Positions 13,681 through 28,121 of a DNA stretch of 64,000 bases are shown here, in pieces. Both the position numbers and the translations under genes were made by a program. Position 1 is the first letter of the stretch; each line of letters starts with the position of its first letter. This DNA comes from Azolla caroliniana (taxonomy: Eukaryota > Plantae > Polypodiophyta): contig JBHGNT010000016.1 in NCBI GenBank assembly GCA_043228905.1, positions 17,670,001 through 17,734,000 on the forward strand. Direction: 5' to 3'. A model generated the notes under the pieces. It was not told the DNA's origin and did no database searches. It saw nothing but the letters and a program-made list of their open reading frames with translations.

Positions 13681-13748
<68 letters not shown>
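13681..13748. repeat. (GA)n microsatellite
   Basis: Direct reading. Confidence 0.95.
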
Positions 13749-13752
<4 letters not shown>

Positions 13753-14024
13753 ATTATTGTCCTTTGAAGATCAAATATGATCTATATAACCAAAAGTGAA
13801 ATGTTTTCACTTTGTATATGTAGAATTTAGTAGTGATACTCATCGTTCAAGACTTTTAATGAACCTTGTAGTCAAGACCACACATTATGATTGTGACGGG
13901 ATTGGATCGACAATATATAGAAAGCATTGTATCAAAATGTGATACTTTGATTCCCAAACTTGTTTAAGACAAAATATGCATAGTTGGGGAGTTTCCTAAT
14001 TTGTTCCTCAATATTTTATTTTAC

Positions 14025-14096
14025 ATCAAAGTGGTTATCAGGCATGATTAGAAATCAATGGATTTGCTCATGTAGGTTTGAATCCTACCATCCACG
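14025..14096 (+). pseudogene. Degenerate tRNA-Ser(AGA) copy lacking the 5' acceptor strand
   Basis: AGTGGTTATCAGGCATGATTAGAAATCA..TAGGTTTGAATCCTACCATCCACG, followed by the same trailer as the other array copies. Confidence 0.8.
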
Positions 14097-14399
14097 AAAA
14101 TGAATGTATAGTGTGTCTAGTCACCATTTATGTCTATTTAACATCCCCAATCTACCTTCAATCACATTTATAAATTTTTATTTCATTTATAATTTTTTAA
14201 GATCATTAAGCTTAATACAAACTAATCAAACAATTTCACACATTATAGTTAAACCATTGTGGGAATAACCATCTATCCTTTTAATGAATTATGTCGAGGC
14301 AACTAAACAATTAGGTACCCGAAAACATCAAAAGACGTTTCGAGAGAAAATTCTCTCCAAATTCAACAAGCAAACGATTTTGCCCAAAATATTATGACG

Positions 14400-14712
14400 G
14401 GTTGTGAGCGTAATGGTATGACCCTACCTGACTGTAAAACTTACCAATCAATAAGGGACGAAAGTCAGCCATAGTGATTGGGGAGTTCCGTGTGGAAGGG
14501 CTCTCGCTCACCGGATGAAAGGTATCTTAGGGATAACAAGCTAATGACTCCCAAGAGCTCTTATCGACGGAGTTGTTTGGCACCTCAATGTCGACTCATC
14601 ATATCTTGGGGTTGAATAAGGTCCCAAGGGTTCGGTTGTTCGTCGATGAAAGTGGTACGTGAGTTGGGTTTAGAACGTTGTGAGACAATTCGGTTCCTAT
14701 CTACCGTTGGTT
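14400..14712 (+). pseudogene. rrn26: NUMT: fragment of mitochondrial large-subunit rRNA (rrn26, domain V)
   Basis: GGGATAACAAGCTAATGACTCCCAAGAGCTCTTATCGACGGAG..GTGGTACGTGAGTTGGGTTTAGAACG..TTCGGTTCCTATCTACCG resembles plant mitochondrial LSU rRNA as I recall it, with many C>T/G>A changes. Confidence 0.8.
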
Positions 14713-14781
14713 TGCCGAGAATTGTGAGAAACTTATCACAACATCTAGTGCTTGTTGTCCATGATTCTAAAACGTCATTAA

Positions 14782-15716
14782 TGTTGCAAACGTGTGATAT
14801 GACGCGAACTCAAGGCTCCTTATGCACAACGCTCGACCACAACCGAGCTTAGGATCATACACAGAAAAACGGGAAATAAAACACGACACAAAGAAGAGGA
14901 AGATACATAGGAGGTTTAGGTGGAAAACCCCAAACTAGGGGGAAAAACCACGGCAGCCCACAGGCTGCAAACTGTCACTATGTAAGAATGTACAATAGTG
15001 AGTTCACTGAGGCAACGACCTCGTGCTCACAGATCTTCGCCACAGACGGCGGTTACAACAGAGGCAACAACCTCTTTCTCTCTCTGTCTCTCTGTACACA
15101 GTTACACGCTCTCTCTATCCTTATTAAAAAAAAAACAAGAATGACAACAACCACATAAAAGTTTGCCCTAAGTCATATTTATACTAATATGACTTTTAGG
15201 CTATTTACAAATATAGCCTCGATGGGCTCTCAGAAACATATTTACGAATATGTCTCTTCGTCTGGTTCTCACTGGGTCTGTACCATCTGGTTCTCCGTAA
15301 CCGGGTACTCCTCATCCGGTCTTCACCGGGTCTGTATCATCCGGCTCTCCGTAGCCGGGTACTCCTCATCCGGTCTTCACCGGGTCTGTATCATCCGGCT
15401 CTTCGTAGCCGGGTACTCCTCATCCGGTCTTCACCGGGTCTGTATCATCCAGCTCTCCGTAGCCGGGTACTCCTCATCCGGTCTTCACCGGGTCTGTATC
15501 ATCCGGCTCTTCGTAGCCGGGTACTCCTCATCCGGTCTTCACCGGGTTTGTATCATCCGGCTCTCCGTAGTTGGGTACTCCTCATCCGGTCTTCACCGGG
15601 TCTGTATCATCTGGCTCTCCGTAGCGGGTACTTCTCTTCCGGTTTCGGCCTTGGCCGAGATTGTTCATCGGCACTGTTCTTCTCCCTTCCCATCCGGAGG
15701 GACCTGTCTCCCAACA
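14782..15716 (-). mobile_element. Solo-LTR-like sequence (copia-type, reversed)
   Basis: TGTTG...CAACA termini; GAGGTTTAGGTGGAAAACCC..AAAAACCACGG motif shared with 30787-31347; no matching TSD seen, so the left end is uncertain. Confidence 0.55.
15270..15630. repeat. 54-bp tandem repeat, about 6.5 copies
   Basis: Unit GGGTACTCCTCATCCGGTCTTCACCGGGTCTGTATCATCCGGCTCTCCGTAGCC. Confidence 0.9.
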
Positions 15717-15852
15717 TGATAGATAAACCTAATATTATTTTTTTACTTTTTAAACCCAAGAATAGAAATAAATAAGTATAAATTTACAAATGTGTACTTA
15801 TGATGTCATATTAGATTTAGATAGACTTTACTTAAAGTATACCTCAGTTTAC

Positions 15853-15884
15853 GTGGATGCGCCAAAGTGGTTATCGGGCATGAC
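15853..15884 (+). pseudogene. 5' half of a tRNA-Ser copy, ending at the left inversion breakpoint
   Basis: GTGGATGCGCCAAAGTGGTTATCGGGCATGAC, then an abrupt switch to a CT-rich tract. Confidence 0.8.
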
Positions 15885-16686
15885 ACTTCTTTTTCTCAAT
15901 TCTTATTGATCCTAATTTGTTTCATTCTTCTTCTTCCATTGCATCTCCTTGATTCTTCTTCTTTTACTCTATGTACTTCCTTTTCATGATGTTTCTTCCT
16001 ACTAATACCCCTTCCCTTCTTCTAATGAGTTCTTAATTCTTATTATTCCATCTACTTCCCCTTCCCCTCTTCATCATCATCTACTTCCTTCTTCTGTTTC
16101 TTTCTTTGTATTTCCTTCTCCTTGCTCCCTCTCCTTTCTGGTTCGTCTTCCTCTACTTCATGCAAAGTTCTAGTCCATGAGAGAAAACAAATTTCATAAT
16201 ATATTTGCGCCTGTAAAGCTCCATAAACTGGATTGCAGCCCCATAAATGCTACTTTCGAGATGATAGTTCCAACTACTTAGCATCCATAAGAGAAAAAAC
16301 TTGCAATTTCAAATTAAAGAAAAGGTTTTTCTAGGGTTGAAATTGTGAAAATCACTCCCATTAGAACAAATTAGATGAAATTTCTGTAAACAAATTAGAA
16401 CAATCTTCAACATATGAAATGCTCAAGTTTTACTAGAGATTAGAACAACGAATACTTTTTGCCACAATAAGTGAGAATAGTCAAGTTCGACAAACAAAAT
16501 TTAAATATGTTTAGCTTCCTCCTGAGTTAAAGTTGTGTTGTAGAAGAAAAAATAGAAGAATGGTTTCTGTGAAACAAGTTTTGCATAAGAAGAAAGAAAA
16601 AATTGGGAAATATTTTTTGAGTGAAAAGCCCTAAGTGCGCACTTCTTCCTTGCGTTCAAAGTGCGCACTTAACTGAACGGTTACTG
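15885..16686 (-). mobile_element. Left part of a non-autonomous Tc1/mariner-pogo-like element (MITE) split by the inversion
   Basis: Minus-strand TIR CAGTAACCGTTCAGTTAAGTGCGCAC preceded by TA (16687-16688); partner TIR ends at 42186. Confidence 0.7.
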
Positions 16687-19624
16687 TATAAGTAGGATGT
16701 AACGCTTGGAAAAACAAATGAGATTGATAATAACATGCAATTGACTTTAAATATCCAAAAGTTCCTCATCTAATGGTGCATGTATCAATAATGCATTACT
16801 CCTGGAGAGAACTTGTGAGAATTGTCGAAGAAGACCTCTTCTTCGTTGTGCATTAGTTACTCCATACATACAATGAATGATCTTAACGTTTCGTAATGTG
16901 ATATCCCATGCTTTAACTCCTTTAAGATTCACTTCTTGTGAATTTTTTTCCAAAATTTGCTCCATGAGAGAGTCAAAGTGAGGTTGAAGCAAGAGAGACG
17001 AGTTAAAGCGTAATGGAGGCTTTCCAAGTAAAGACTTATACATGTCAATTGCATGACTACAAACCTCCAAACAAATAGGAAAGTGATCTGAAGTTCCGAC
17101 ATATTGTAAAACTGTCATACGAAGTGATGTCGGTAAAAAATAATCATTGTGCATCACTTACATTCTATCTAACCGACTCCATGTTTGTCTATGTTGAGCG
17201 GATTGGAAAGTAAAACCTGGATCATTCCCATGCAACCATGTCCAAACATCCAACTTTAGAACCTCCATAGCCAATGAATCCCAAGCAAGTTGCTCAGGAT
17301 CATCCATGATTGAATGTTTAGACGTAGATTGAGATGTATCAACACACATGTTAAAATCACCCATAAGTAATCTTGGATGACCGACACATAGGGTTTGACG
17401 GAGTGAGCCCCATAATGCAATACGTTGGGTGGCTTGGTTAGGGGCATAAATCCCAACCACCCACACAACCTCGCCAAAAAAAGTGATTTCTAGAACCAAA
17501 AACTGACCATAAGGATCATTATGCACCACATGAGGATAATATTTATCCCCCACGATTAATACCACACATGAATAATTATTATTAAGATCTCCTGCATAGA
17601 ATGATGAATATCCATGCAAATGAATTGTGGATACTGCTAACTCATGACACTTATGCTCAACTGCACATAATACATCCCATTCTTTACTTAGCAAGGTTTT
17701 CCATAATATATACTTCTTATGAGGAGAACATGCCCCTCTCACATTCCATGTGACCATTTTCATTCAATCAACAATGTTATGGGTGCACTTGCTCCTTCAG
17801 AGTAATAGATGTCATGAAACTAGTCAAAGCATGTTCTAATGCTGCATATGGATTTTCATGCACCACATCCTTAGGGCCGTCTATCGAATTTTTTTGTTTA
17901 GGTTCTCCCGCTTGACGAAAACCTCGAGAATTCGATGAATTTACAACCCATCCCAATGAATCAAATTGAAGGTGAAGGGGTAATCCCTTATCCCTAAATT
18001 GTCTTTGCCAAGGAACTTTTCGAGGACCCTCCCTAGTTCCTCAATTACCTTTCGAAGTAGTCTCACGAGTAGTGGGCAAATTATTATGTTGCATATTCAT
18101 TGATTTCCCCTTCGACTTGCCCTTAACCTGATGCCAATCCTTTTCAACAACAACATCACTACTAGTTCTATCAAATGGTTTCCCCCCCTTATCTATAACA
18201 ATCAAACTTTGTTTTTCCATATCTATAGATTGAGCTTCCTTATTCTTAGGGCCCAAACCTTGACGTGAAACCTCGTAATAACCCGCTCTAGATGATGTTC
18301 CTTCATCCATAACAACCACAATATCTGACACACCAACATCTCTCCCAACTCCTTCCTTACCATTCCCTTCATTAGGAACCTCTATAGTTGAAGGATAATG
18401 ACGATGACATTCCGCCATAAAGTGACCCCATTCACCACATCCAAAACAATGACCTGCAATTGTCTCCCACTTCAATTTAAAACAAAGTCTTTTCATTCCA
18501 GGAGTGTTCATACGCACCCATCCTGGCCTCTTACGACTTGTATCCCATAACACACAAAATCTACACTTATTTGTAGCATTTGCATGTGGAGATACCAACG
18601 CTTTACCCATTTCACTCATCAACTCTGGTAAAAGTGGCCATAAAAAAGAATGCTTACAATCCACTATTACCCAAATGGGGCATTCTTGTTTTAACAAAGC
18701 ATGATAGTCCACAAAGGGGGACCATTGCATTACATGTACCAATTGTTTATAAAAAAACACACGAACTTTAGCCAACAATACACTTCGATGTTTCGGTGAA
18801 CGGAACACTACATCATAAAACCCTCGTGGTCCTGCATATATATTTTCAACACAATTTGGTGACTTGATTGTTTTCAACCATTGTTTAATCCAATTAATGT
18901 ATGGGAGTTTCCCGGTAAAAAACAATATAACCGCACAATTATAGAATACATCAAAAGATTGCAACACTACCTTAACATCAACTTCTACATCATGCAAATC
19001 CTCCTCAGTGCATTCTTTCGCGACATTTTCATTTTCTTTCACAATATCAGACAACAAGATATTGACAATTCCCCATAAATTATCCCAATTACAATGATCC
19101 TTGTCAACCTCATCTGCATGGATTACTTCGGCCTTTTTTTTGTTTTTTTCTCATACATTTCCTCAATACCCTTAAACCTCTTAGAGCTTCCAATGTCTTC
19201 CCTTTCACAATTACAATCAACCATCACATTACTCTTTTTTGGATCAATTGTTTCCATATCAATGTCCCCCACAATTTGAGAGGAATTCATGTTCATATCC
19301 ATTATTCTTAATGTGATAGTGATCCGGGATAAAAACAATTTTCCATGAACAAGAAAGATAACTGGAACTCACCCAGTTGAAGAGATCGAAGATAATGAAT
19401 ACAATAGAAGACCCACAATGTGTGTTGAGTATGTAGATGGCAACAACACAAGATTCCTTATTTCTATCGCTGCGTCTCACACAGACTATCAAATTTAACT
19501 TGCTATATCTCGTTACGAAGCTCTAATCGAGGGCTTTCTAACGCATGTCTTTATGCTCAATTCCGTTATTGATAGAGAGCGCAACATAAAAACAATTTCC
19601 TTTCTTCTTCCCCTCTCCACTTTT

Positions 19625-19625
<1 letters not shown>
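16687..19625 (-). mobile_element. L1-type LINE-A, 5' half (5' UTR, ORF1 with CCHC knuckle, APE endonuclease)
   Basis: ORF1 18041-19057 with CFGCGEWGHFMAEC; ORF2 start MKMVTWNVRG, IYAPN, MGDFN, SRLDR, SDHFPI; (CT)n tract lies immediately upstream. Confidence 0.9.

Positions 19626-19692
<67 letters not shown>
19626..19692. repeat. (CT)n microsatellite, i.e. (AG)n on the LINE-A strand
   Basis: Direct reading. Confidence 0.95.
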
Positions 19693-19701
<9 letters not shown>

Positions 19702-20899
19702 TCAAAAAAATAGTTGATCTTTGAAATACAATTAGTAAACTTATCGTTCATAGACGTGCTTCATGTGATCATAATATAGTCTACATGGTTAATATGAGAG
19801 TCATGGTGGTAAGTACTAAAGCATTGTCAAATTGAAACATCAACAACACATTGTATTATTAATTGTAATGGTTCATGTCTTCAAACATCTGGGAATGGAC
19901 ATACGTTGTCAAGATACTAGTAACAACTGTCTAACTTGGAGAATGGAAGGTACTATGAAATGGAGAACATGTGCCACAATCCCAAAACCAAAAGATGGGA
20001 AATTAGAGCAATATTATTATTGTGTATGTGTTGCGATTTCTGCTATATCCATTTCAGCTTTGGGGAGGTAGTATTTCAATAATCTAATGGAATGAAATGG
20101 TGAGTATACAAGGGAAATTTCTATACCATCATTTGGGGGTTAAGAGATCAACTCCGCGTTCCATCATGATTCTAGAAATGAGAAGGTCGCCAAGAGAGTT
20201 TTATGTCATTCAAAGAGTTTACAAATACATATTGAAAGCAATGACAAAGCCTCATAGAGGTTTCATGGGAAATTAGATAGTAGCCATAAAAATCCACAAA
20301 CAAAAATTTCTTTCATTTAGTGGGGCTTCCAACATGGTTTGAATTTTGACATGTTAATGGATATTTGGATATGCAATAGAGGACAGAAAGGAACATGAGA
20401 AGACAAGCCCGTGTTTTACTTGGTTGCATTGTAAGCCCTCCACATGAAATGGAGAACAAGCTAGCATAAATCTAAAGTTTTGAGAATTATTGCCAATATC
20501 ATGTTTGTTGTCTTCAAGATCAATTCCTTTCGATTTTTGTCTTTTTATGTTTCATTTCCTTTGCCTAGTGGGAAGTTATTATATTACCAACGTAAGGATT
20601 TGGATTTAAGGCCTAATCTTCACTCTGCTTTATTGGACCATATATTTTTCCTAATTTAGGAGATGTTACTATAAAATGTAGGGGTTGAAGTATATTTCAA
20701 GGTTTGCAAAGCAGCAGAGCGGCGTGCCAGTCCCTGGTGGAGGTCTGCGGTGTGGGCATCTCACCAAGAGGCCCGACACATGAGGTTTGACCCGCGCCAG
20801 TAGGCAGCGGAAATGGAGCCGGAGTAGTAGAAACGTGGGGGTCCAGAAGCCTCCCACTGCTCATTTCGACACAGACGCCTCTCCTCCCCGTCGCTACTG

Positions 20900-21362
20900 A
20901 ATCACCCTCCTCCAGTTCGAGGAGTCAATCATTTAGGGTTTCCCCTCACCCCACTATTCGAGGAGTGACCTCCCCCCCAATTCGAGGAGTGGGACAAACA
21001 TCCACCCCACCCACACTTTGAGGAGTGGGACACCCACTCCCCCCCTATTTCGATAGAACCCACCAACCACAGTTCACGGAGTTGGGCCCCCACTCCTGTA
21101 TTTCGATAGGTCGAGCGTTAGGGTTTCGAGTAGTCGTTTGGTGCGGCCTATGCGGCCACCATTTTGTAATCGTTCATTTCGTTTTAATACATCTTGTTGT
21201 TCATCTTGTCTCCATCTCCCTCTTGTTCGATCTAGTCTCTTGTTCATTCTTCTTCTTCTTGAGCAAAGCTTCCATTCCCTGTCTGATTCCTTCTCCTCCA
21301 CTCCTTAGTCCAAGACCCCCGTGGTCCCGCCCTTCTCCACGCACGCGCGTAGCAACGCGACA
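20900..21362 (+). mobile_element. 3' portion of a gypsy-family LTR inserted at the start of LINE-B ORF1
   Basis: Ends in AAGACCCCCGTGGTCCCGCCCTTCTCCACGCACGCGCGTAGCAACGCGACA, the same terminal cassette as the LTRs ending at 45576, 51777 and 52620; left end not resolved. Confidence 0.6.
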
Positions 21363-23454
21363 GCGCCTTGAGAGAATAGCGGTCATATGCCGCGTGATGG
21401 GATCACGACCAAACAGAGGGTTGTTGCGAGATATGTTGCAAGCTAAATTTCATTCACAACTACGTGGTATAAAAGAAGTCCAACCGCTTGGTAAAGGCTT
21501 CTATCAAATCATACTAGAAGACAAGGATTCTACAACGAACCTCATAGCACTTTCCCCCTACCAGGTCTGAAATACATGGTTGTTCATGCGTAAATGGACA
21601 CATGGTTTTAACCTAGAGAAAGCCACACAACAGGATGATTCCATGAAAAAGGTAACAATGTTGTTTCCTGGACCATCCTTAGAATACAACATGTTACTTC
21701 CTACTATTGACAACTCCTTTGGTATGATGCTGGATGTGGAACTAATGCTAGTAGACAGGCTAAAGAAGCACCTAGGCCCCTCTATCCGCCTCTTGGTGCA
21801 GGACATCAATAAACTTCCCTCCAAGATCCTCATTCCCGGGAAAAACGGAATGCGGATTGAACAACGCATAGAAGTGATTGGCGCACCGGGGCAATGTTTT
21901 GCATGCAAAAAACTTGGTCATTTAAAAAAGAACTGCCCCACAAGACGTATTAAAGATCCTACAAAGGAGAATCTGGAAGGTCAGGACACCATAAGACATC
22001 AGAAGCCTCCCCCACCACGACCCGACAAGGCTGTGATGGAATGGTGAGTGGTGGAAAAAACCCATGTCCTTCGAAAAACATCATCGGCACAAAATCCTCC
22101 ATCGCCTATGAGCCCCAATCGTTTTGATCTACTATAAGAGCTCCCCCCCACAGACGAGCATTCCCCTAGTTCTTTCTTAAGCCCCAAGGAACGGCCTAAG
22201 GTGACACCAAGCACACAAGAGAAAGTTCTCGTTAAAGCTTACAAAACAGGGAAGTGCAGACGAATAAGTCATGTAAAGACCTTAATAAGGAGCTTGAGTG
22301 GAACAGCACCCAATGCAGAAGCAACAAACCAAGGCAGAAATGTGAATGTCATGCCTCAAATCATAATCATCCCGAACACAAATGAGTGTGCTTCCTCTAG
22401 CCAAGACCTTGAACCACACCCACAAAACGCCTTGAAATGGCTAGGTATAGGGCTCAAGACAATGGAAAAAATAAGGGTACATGTATCAACAGTACACAAT
22501 AACGAAGCTCCGACGACCTCAATCTCCTTTCCACTCTTGCTTCTGACTTAGGAAGATTGATCGAAATCCAAGATTAAAGATACGTTATGTAGCCAAGCAG
22601 CGTGCTTTGTAGCACAAATAAGAGATGAAGAGCTCATGAACGAACTAAAGCAACATTGGCATAACACTGAATTCTGGTGCACCATGGATGAAGAGGACCC
22701 TCATCTTTGCCACATCCACCTGCGGACTATCATAGACACCCAACTAACTCCAAGCTTTGTCTATTTCTATGAGAAGCATGAAGGGGCGATTGAAGCTCAC
22801 AGGATAGCCCACAAACTCCACTCATGGATGTGGATCACTATTCCATCCCTGGAAATGACTGGATGTCTAAATGGTGAGTGCTCCCCACTCACGACCTGCT
22901 GTACAAAGCACCAAGAACAACTGACAATCTCCCACCCCATTCCATGAGTATGAAGATTATAACATGGAATGTGCAAGGTCTCAGAAGTAGACTAGACCAG
23001 CAAAATAGATGGAAACTGAGAAGGGATCTTGAAGGATATTTACTAGGGAGTGTTGCTGACATCATCATGTTGCAAGAACACCACCTTGATAGCACACAAT
23101 TAAAGGAAGTTGGAGACCTTCTACCAGGATCATGGCGAATGATTTGGGAGCCAACAATTGGGGAGGATGGAAATCATGGTGGTATTTGCACTTTGATTCG
23201 AGAACATCTAGCCCCCGGGGGCTTCACTGTCAAAACTTGTATGATAGCACGTGAGTTCATCAAAAGGGGTTTAAATTAGCCATTGAGGTATAGAATGTAT
23301 ATATATAAGGGTATTAATAAATATTTGAAATATATTTTTACATAAGGGTATTATCAATTATGCTAGAAAAAAATTTACATAAGCCCATGAAATATTAGAT
23401 ATTTTAATGAGATAGTAAAGAATTATTATGCAAACAATACTCGAATTTGGAGTA

Positions 23455-23704
23455 GCATATATACATGTATTCTTTCATACATACATACATACATATGAAT
23501 TCATGCATATATACCTACATTCAAACATTACATCTATGAATATGTACATACATACATTACACCAATTTATACATGCATACTGACTAAACATAAATATATG
23601 TACAAATATATATTACCATGTGTAAATGTTTACATACACATACATAAATGCATTGCATATTACATATATAAATACATGCATACATATATACAATATAATC
23701 AGCC

Positions 23705-23780
<76 letters not shown>

Positions 23781-26152
23781 GTGCGTATACTACACATTCT
23801 TACAAACATATTTTATAGAGTACATATTATACACATATATCATTATACACACAATTATATGCAACTACATATATGTATACATACATACCAAACACAAAAA
23901 ATATACATAAATAAATAAATTACGTATTATATATACATACACATACACATACAAATTAATACATAAGATTACATATTATATGTATTACAAATTTCCACAC
24001 GTACAAAGTTACATATATTATATTATATATATGTATATATACATACACGCACATGCACACACACACACACACACACACACATAAATAAATTAGATATTAC
24101 ATATCATATAATCCATACATATTAACAATAAACAAATTTACATACACATACATACATACATTACATATATACATATATTACATATGCACATACATATTCC
24201 ACACATCACCATATATATAGATTATACGAAACCATGCAAACTACATTACTTACATATATACACACACATTAGATATATGTATACTTACACATACATCAGA
24301 TATATACATGCATATTACATACATACATCCATATACGAGCCATACACATACTAAACATGAAAATATCCCGAAAATATACATACATAAATACATTACATAT
24401 ATACACATACATACATTCATACATGTACATACATATCACCATATACACACATATATACACATACATACATTAAATATATGCATACATATTACAAACACAC
24501 ATCCATGCACATTGCCTCATGTACATTGACATATGCATATATGCAGTGCACACACCCACACACATCCATGCACATTGACTCGTGTACATTGACATATGCA
24601 CATATGCACACACATACAGACATTACATATGTAAATACATATTCCATATATATGCATACAATATACATACACACACATTGGATATATGTATACTTTTACA
24701 CATACATTGGACATATGCATATATATTATGTGTATATTGCAAACATACATCCTTATATGAGCCATACACATACTAAACACGAAAATACCCTGAAATTATA
24801 CATGCATAAATACATTACAAATTACATATATACACATACGTACATGTACATGTACATACATATATTCATTTATCCATTGCTACATTTATATACGTACATA
24901 TGCCTACAATGTTACACATATAAATTTTACAAACATAGATCCATACACATATATACATACATTATATACATGCATACACATACATACATTGCATATGTAT
25001 ATTACATACACATACATACATACATTACATATGTACATAGATATCATCACATATGCACACACACACACACATGGTCATACACACTATAAAAGTACATATA
25101 TACATACATTAGATGTATATATATACATAGATATCATGCACATATTACAATCACACATCCATACACATTGAATTGTGTACATTGACATATGTATATATGC
25201 ATACACATATGTACATTCGTACATGGACATATATGTATTCATTCATACATACATACACGTTCCATATATTAGATATATACACATATGTACATTCATACAT
25301 GTACATATATATATTCATACATACACTAAATAGTACATATATACATACATATAGATATTATGCACATATTGCAATCACACATAGATACATACATACCATA
25401 TGCATATATGCATGCACATATGTACATTAGTACATGGACATACATATATTCATTTATACATTGCTACATATACATGCATACACATACATTAGATATTTAC
25501 ATAGATATTATGCACATGTTACAATCACACATCCATACACATTGAATCATGTGCATTGACATATGCATATACACATACATACACACATACGAACATACAT
25601 ACATTACATATGCATACACACATGTACATTCGCTTATGGACATACATATATTCATTCATACATTGCTACACGCATATACGCACATATGGCTACAATGACA
25701 CACGTATAAATTTTACAAACATACATCATTCCCTGAAAATATGCATAGACAAATACATGTTATAAATCCGTACAATGTTACACATATATACATACACATG
25801 CCTTCCATGGTGATACATGTATAAATGTTACAAACTTACATCCATCCATCTGTACATACATACATACATACATACATACATACATACATACATACATACA
25901 TACATACATACATACATAAACGCAAGCACAAAACACATACCTCACATACTCACATGCCATACACACGATACAATATGTACATACATACACACATGCCATA
26001 CATACAATATACACAATACAATACAATATGTACACACACACACACACACACACAAAAGACATCTGCATATACACACCTACACATGCACATATATACAACA
26101 CACACACACACACACACATAACAAATACATACATGTACATATAATACATACA
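23455..26152. repeat. 2.7-kb degenerate (TACA/TA/CA/GT)n low-complexity tract with internal duplications
   Basis: Direct reading; (GT)n at 23708-23783 and (TACA)n at 25853-25917. Confidence 0.9.
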
Positions 26153-27220
26153 ATCGACGCTAATTGTTTGAAAAAACGAGGGAAGATTACAAATTTACAT
26201 ATGTACATACGTGTGTTATGTTTTTGCAGAAAGTTAAGGGGAGAGAGAGAGAGAGGGAAATCATGAAGCGATTGAGAAGGGATGGACACAACGCGGCCAT
26301 GGCAAATCGAGATGGAGCCATGGGGGTGGCCTACCAGCAGGTGACTATGAGTATATCAATGTGATTGTGAGTATATCTATGTAGTGATCCGTCTTGCCAT
26401 CTTGAAACAGATTGCCCGAACACCTGAAACAGATTGTCAAGACCGTGTGCGCATCTGCGAAGAGGTCATTGAAAGATCAGGGCACCCACCTCCTCCCGCA
26501 TCACGCCCAAAAGCTCAAAAGACGATCTCTTAGGGCTCGGACTAGGGTTAGGGTTCATTCACGCGCAGGCCGATCTCCAGGCCGATCTCCAACCCGTTGC
26601 GATGAAGCAAGAAATGGATATCTCCTTCTTTAAGGCTCAGGCTCGAGCAGCCGCCACGATGTTGTCTTCATGTGCGTTTGCGGCCACTGTATCGACAAAG
26701 ACTGGTTTCGATCGAGACCCACAAGCAGCTGCCATGGAGGCAGCTTTATACGGCCCCAAGACTGCCGATGCGCTCGGGAAAGTGTCATCGCGTTCGGGCC
26801 TCTCGGTGGCCCTCAAGCTGCAGAATTCGGGAGTAGTGTTTCAGTCTTGATACGATTGCTAATACTATGGTTGGGAAGTATTAGAAAATGGATCCAGTTC
26901 ATCTGGCCATGATTAGGGTAAATCCAACCAAAGCCATGTGGTTCAACAATCACCATCCCATCATGGATATGTATGATAGAGAGTTTTTTGTATCGTATTT
27001 TTGGTTGTACAAAAGAGGAACCAGCCCTAGGCCTAGCCCTAACTTGATCTCTCTCCATCCCCACCCCTGTTAGGGGAAAATAGAGACCTGCATTTTTGGT
27101 TTTGTGAAGAGAACTTTTTCCTTGTCTTCCATAGTGAGTAAAAAAGATTGGCCACATATGGAATGCTTTTGCTTCTTGTTTTTTGTAGCAAGCGTTTTTT
27201 GGGTGAGTAATTAAGGATAT

Positions 27221-27251
<31 letters not shown>

Positions 27252-27703
27252 AGAAAACAGATTGACTGAGACGAGGCAGCAGAAAGAAGAAGAATGGAAG
27301 AAGCAGGATAGAGATGGAGCCCGAGGACAAAGGAGGGATATGGTATGGCCAAGTTTTTACCTGGTCTATTTCTCTTTTGGCTCACGTTGGAGAAAGAGGC
27401 ACAATCTTGACTTTAACTTGGTCTATTTCTCTTTTGGCCAAGTGCGTTGATTGCTTGTAAATTTAGATGTTGCTTTAATTTTACTTTTTGGTTTCAAATC
27501 TCTACTGGACGAATTAATTGTGCTATTTCTTTTGTTCAAATTCTCCTAATGATTTGTATGCCACAATGGGATTCTAAGTTGTTGCTTTCTCCTCTTCTTA
27601 AGTTTTGTACTAATGCTGGTAACTCAATTTCCATGTTTCAATGGATCTCAATTTACGGCTGGTTTGGTCTATTCAATGTTGACACTAAATCTTTTATCAT
27701 TAG

Positions 27704-28121
27704 GTGTGTCATTTCATCATGCACTATTTGCACCTAGCCTTTCATCGTATAGTAATGTGACTATTGACTTGAACTCTCCCAAAAGCAACGATAAAGAGGA
27801 CTTGTCATGGCAGCTTGCAATACAAAAAGTGTGGGAAAATCTTATCCAAGCACAAAGAGAAGGTAGATTTGGACTAAGAAATACAAATGTATTGTATATG
27901 AACACATTTGTTTAAGAAGCGTCACCTCTGCTATAACAACAGGAAATCTTGTTATAACTCAGCAAACATTACGTCCTAAAGACATCCTTTCTAGGCATGA
28001 GGCATTGAAGAAAGAAAATGATCTCTTTGGTGGACTGCCAAGTAGTGTGTTGCCTTCATTGCCAATTTTCCTTGACCTTCTCTATCAATATGTTCGAGAA
28101 CATTTGGGACTTCAGCTACAG
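27704..28121 (+). pseudogene. FPGS: Captured folylpolyglutamate synthase fragment (exons 27704-27862 and 27943-28121)
   Basis: GVSFHHALFAPSLSSY..DLSWQLAIQKVWENL and SSVLPSLPIFLDLLYQYVREHLGLQLQ resemble consecutive C-terminal exons of plant FPGS; AG/GT borders are in phase; no N-terminal part and no terminal VLVTGSLHLVG exon seen. Confidence 0.75.

Noticed and set aside
15189-15719. 176-aa ORF with 18-aa repeats, superficially CRISPR-like
   Set aside because: It is the translation of a 54-bp head-to-tail minisatellite with no unique spacers, in eukaryotic DNA.
23598-26289. Many His/Tyr/Thr/Ile- or Cys/Val-rich ORFs
   Set aside because: Artefacts of (TACA)n and (GT)n low-complexity sequence.
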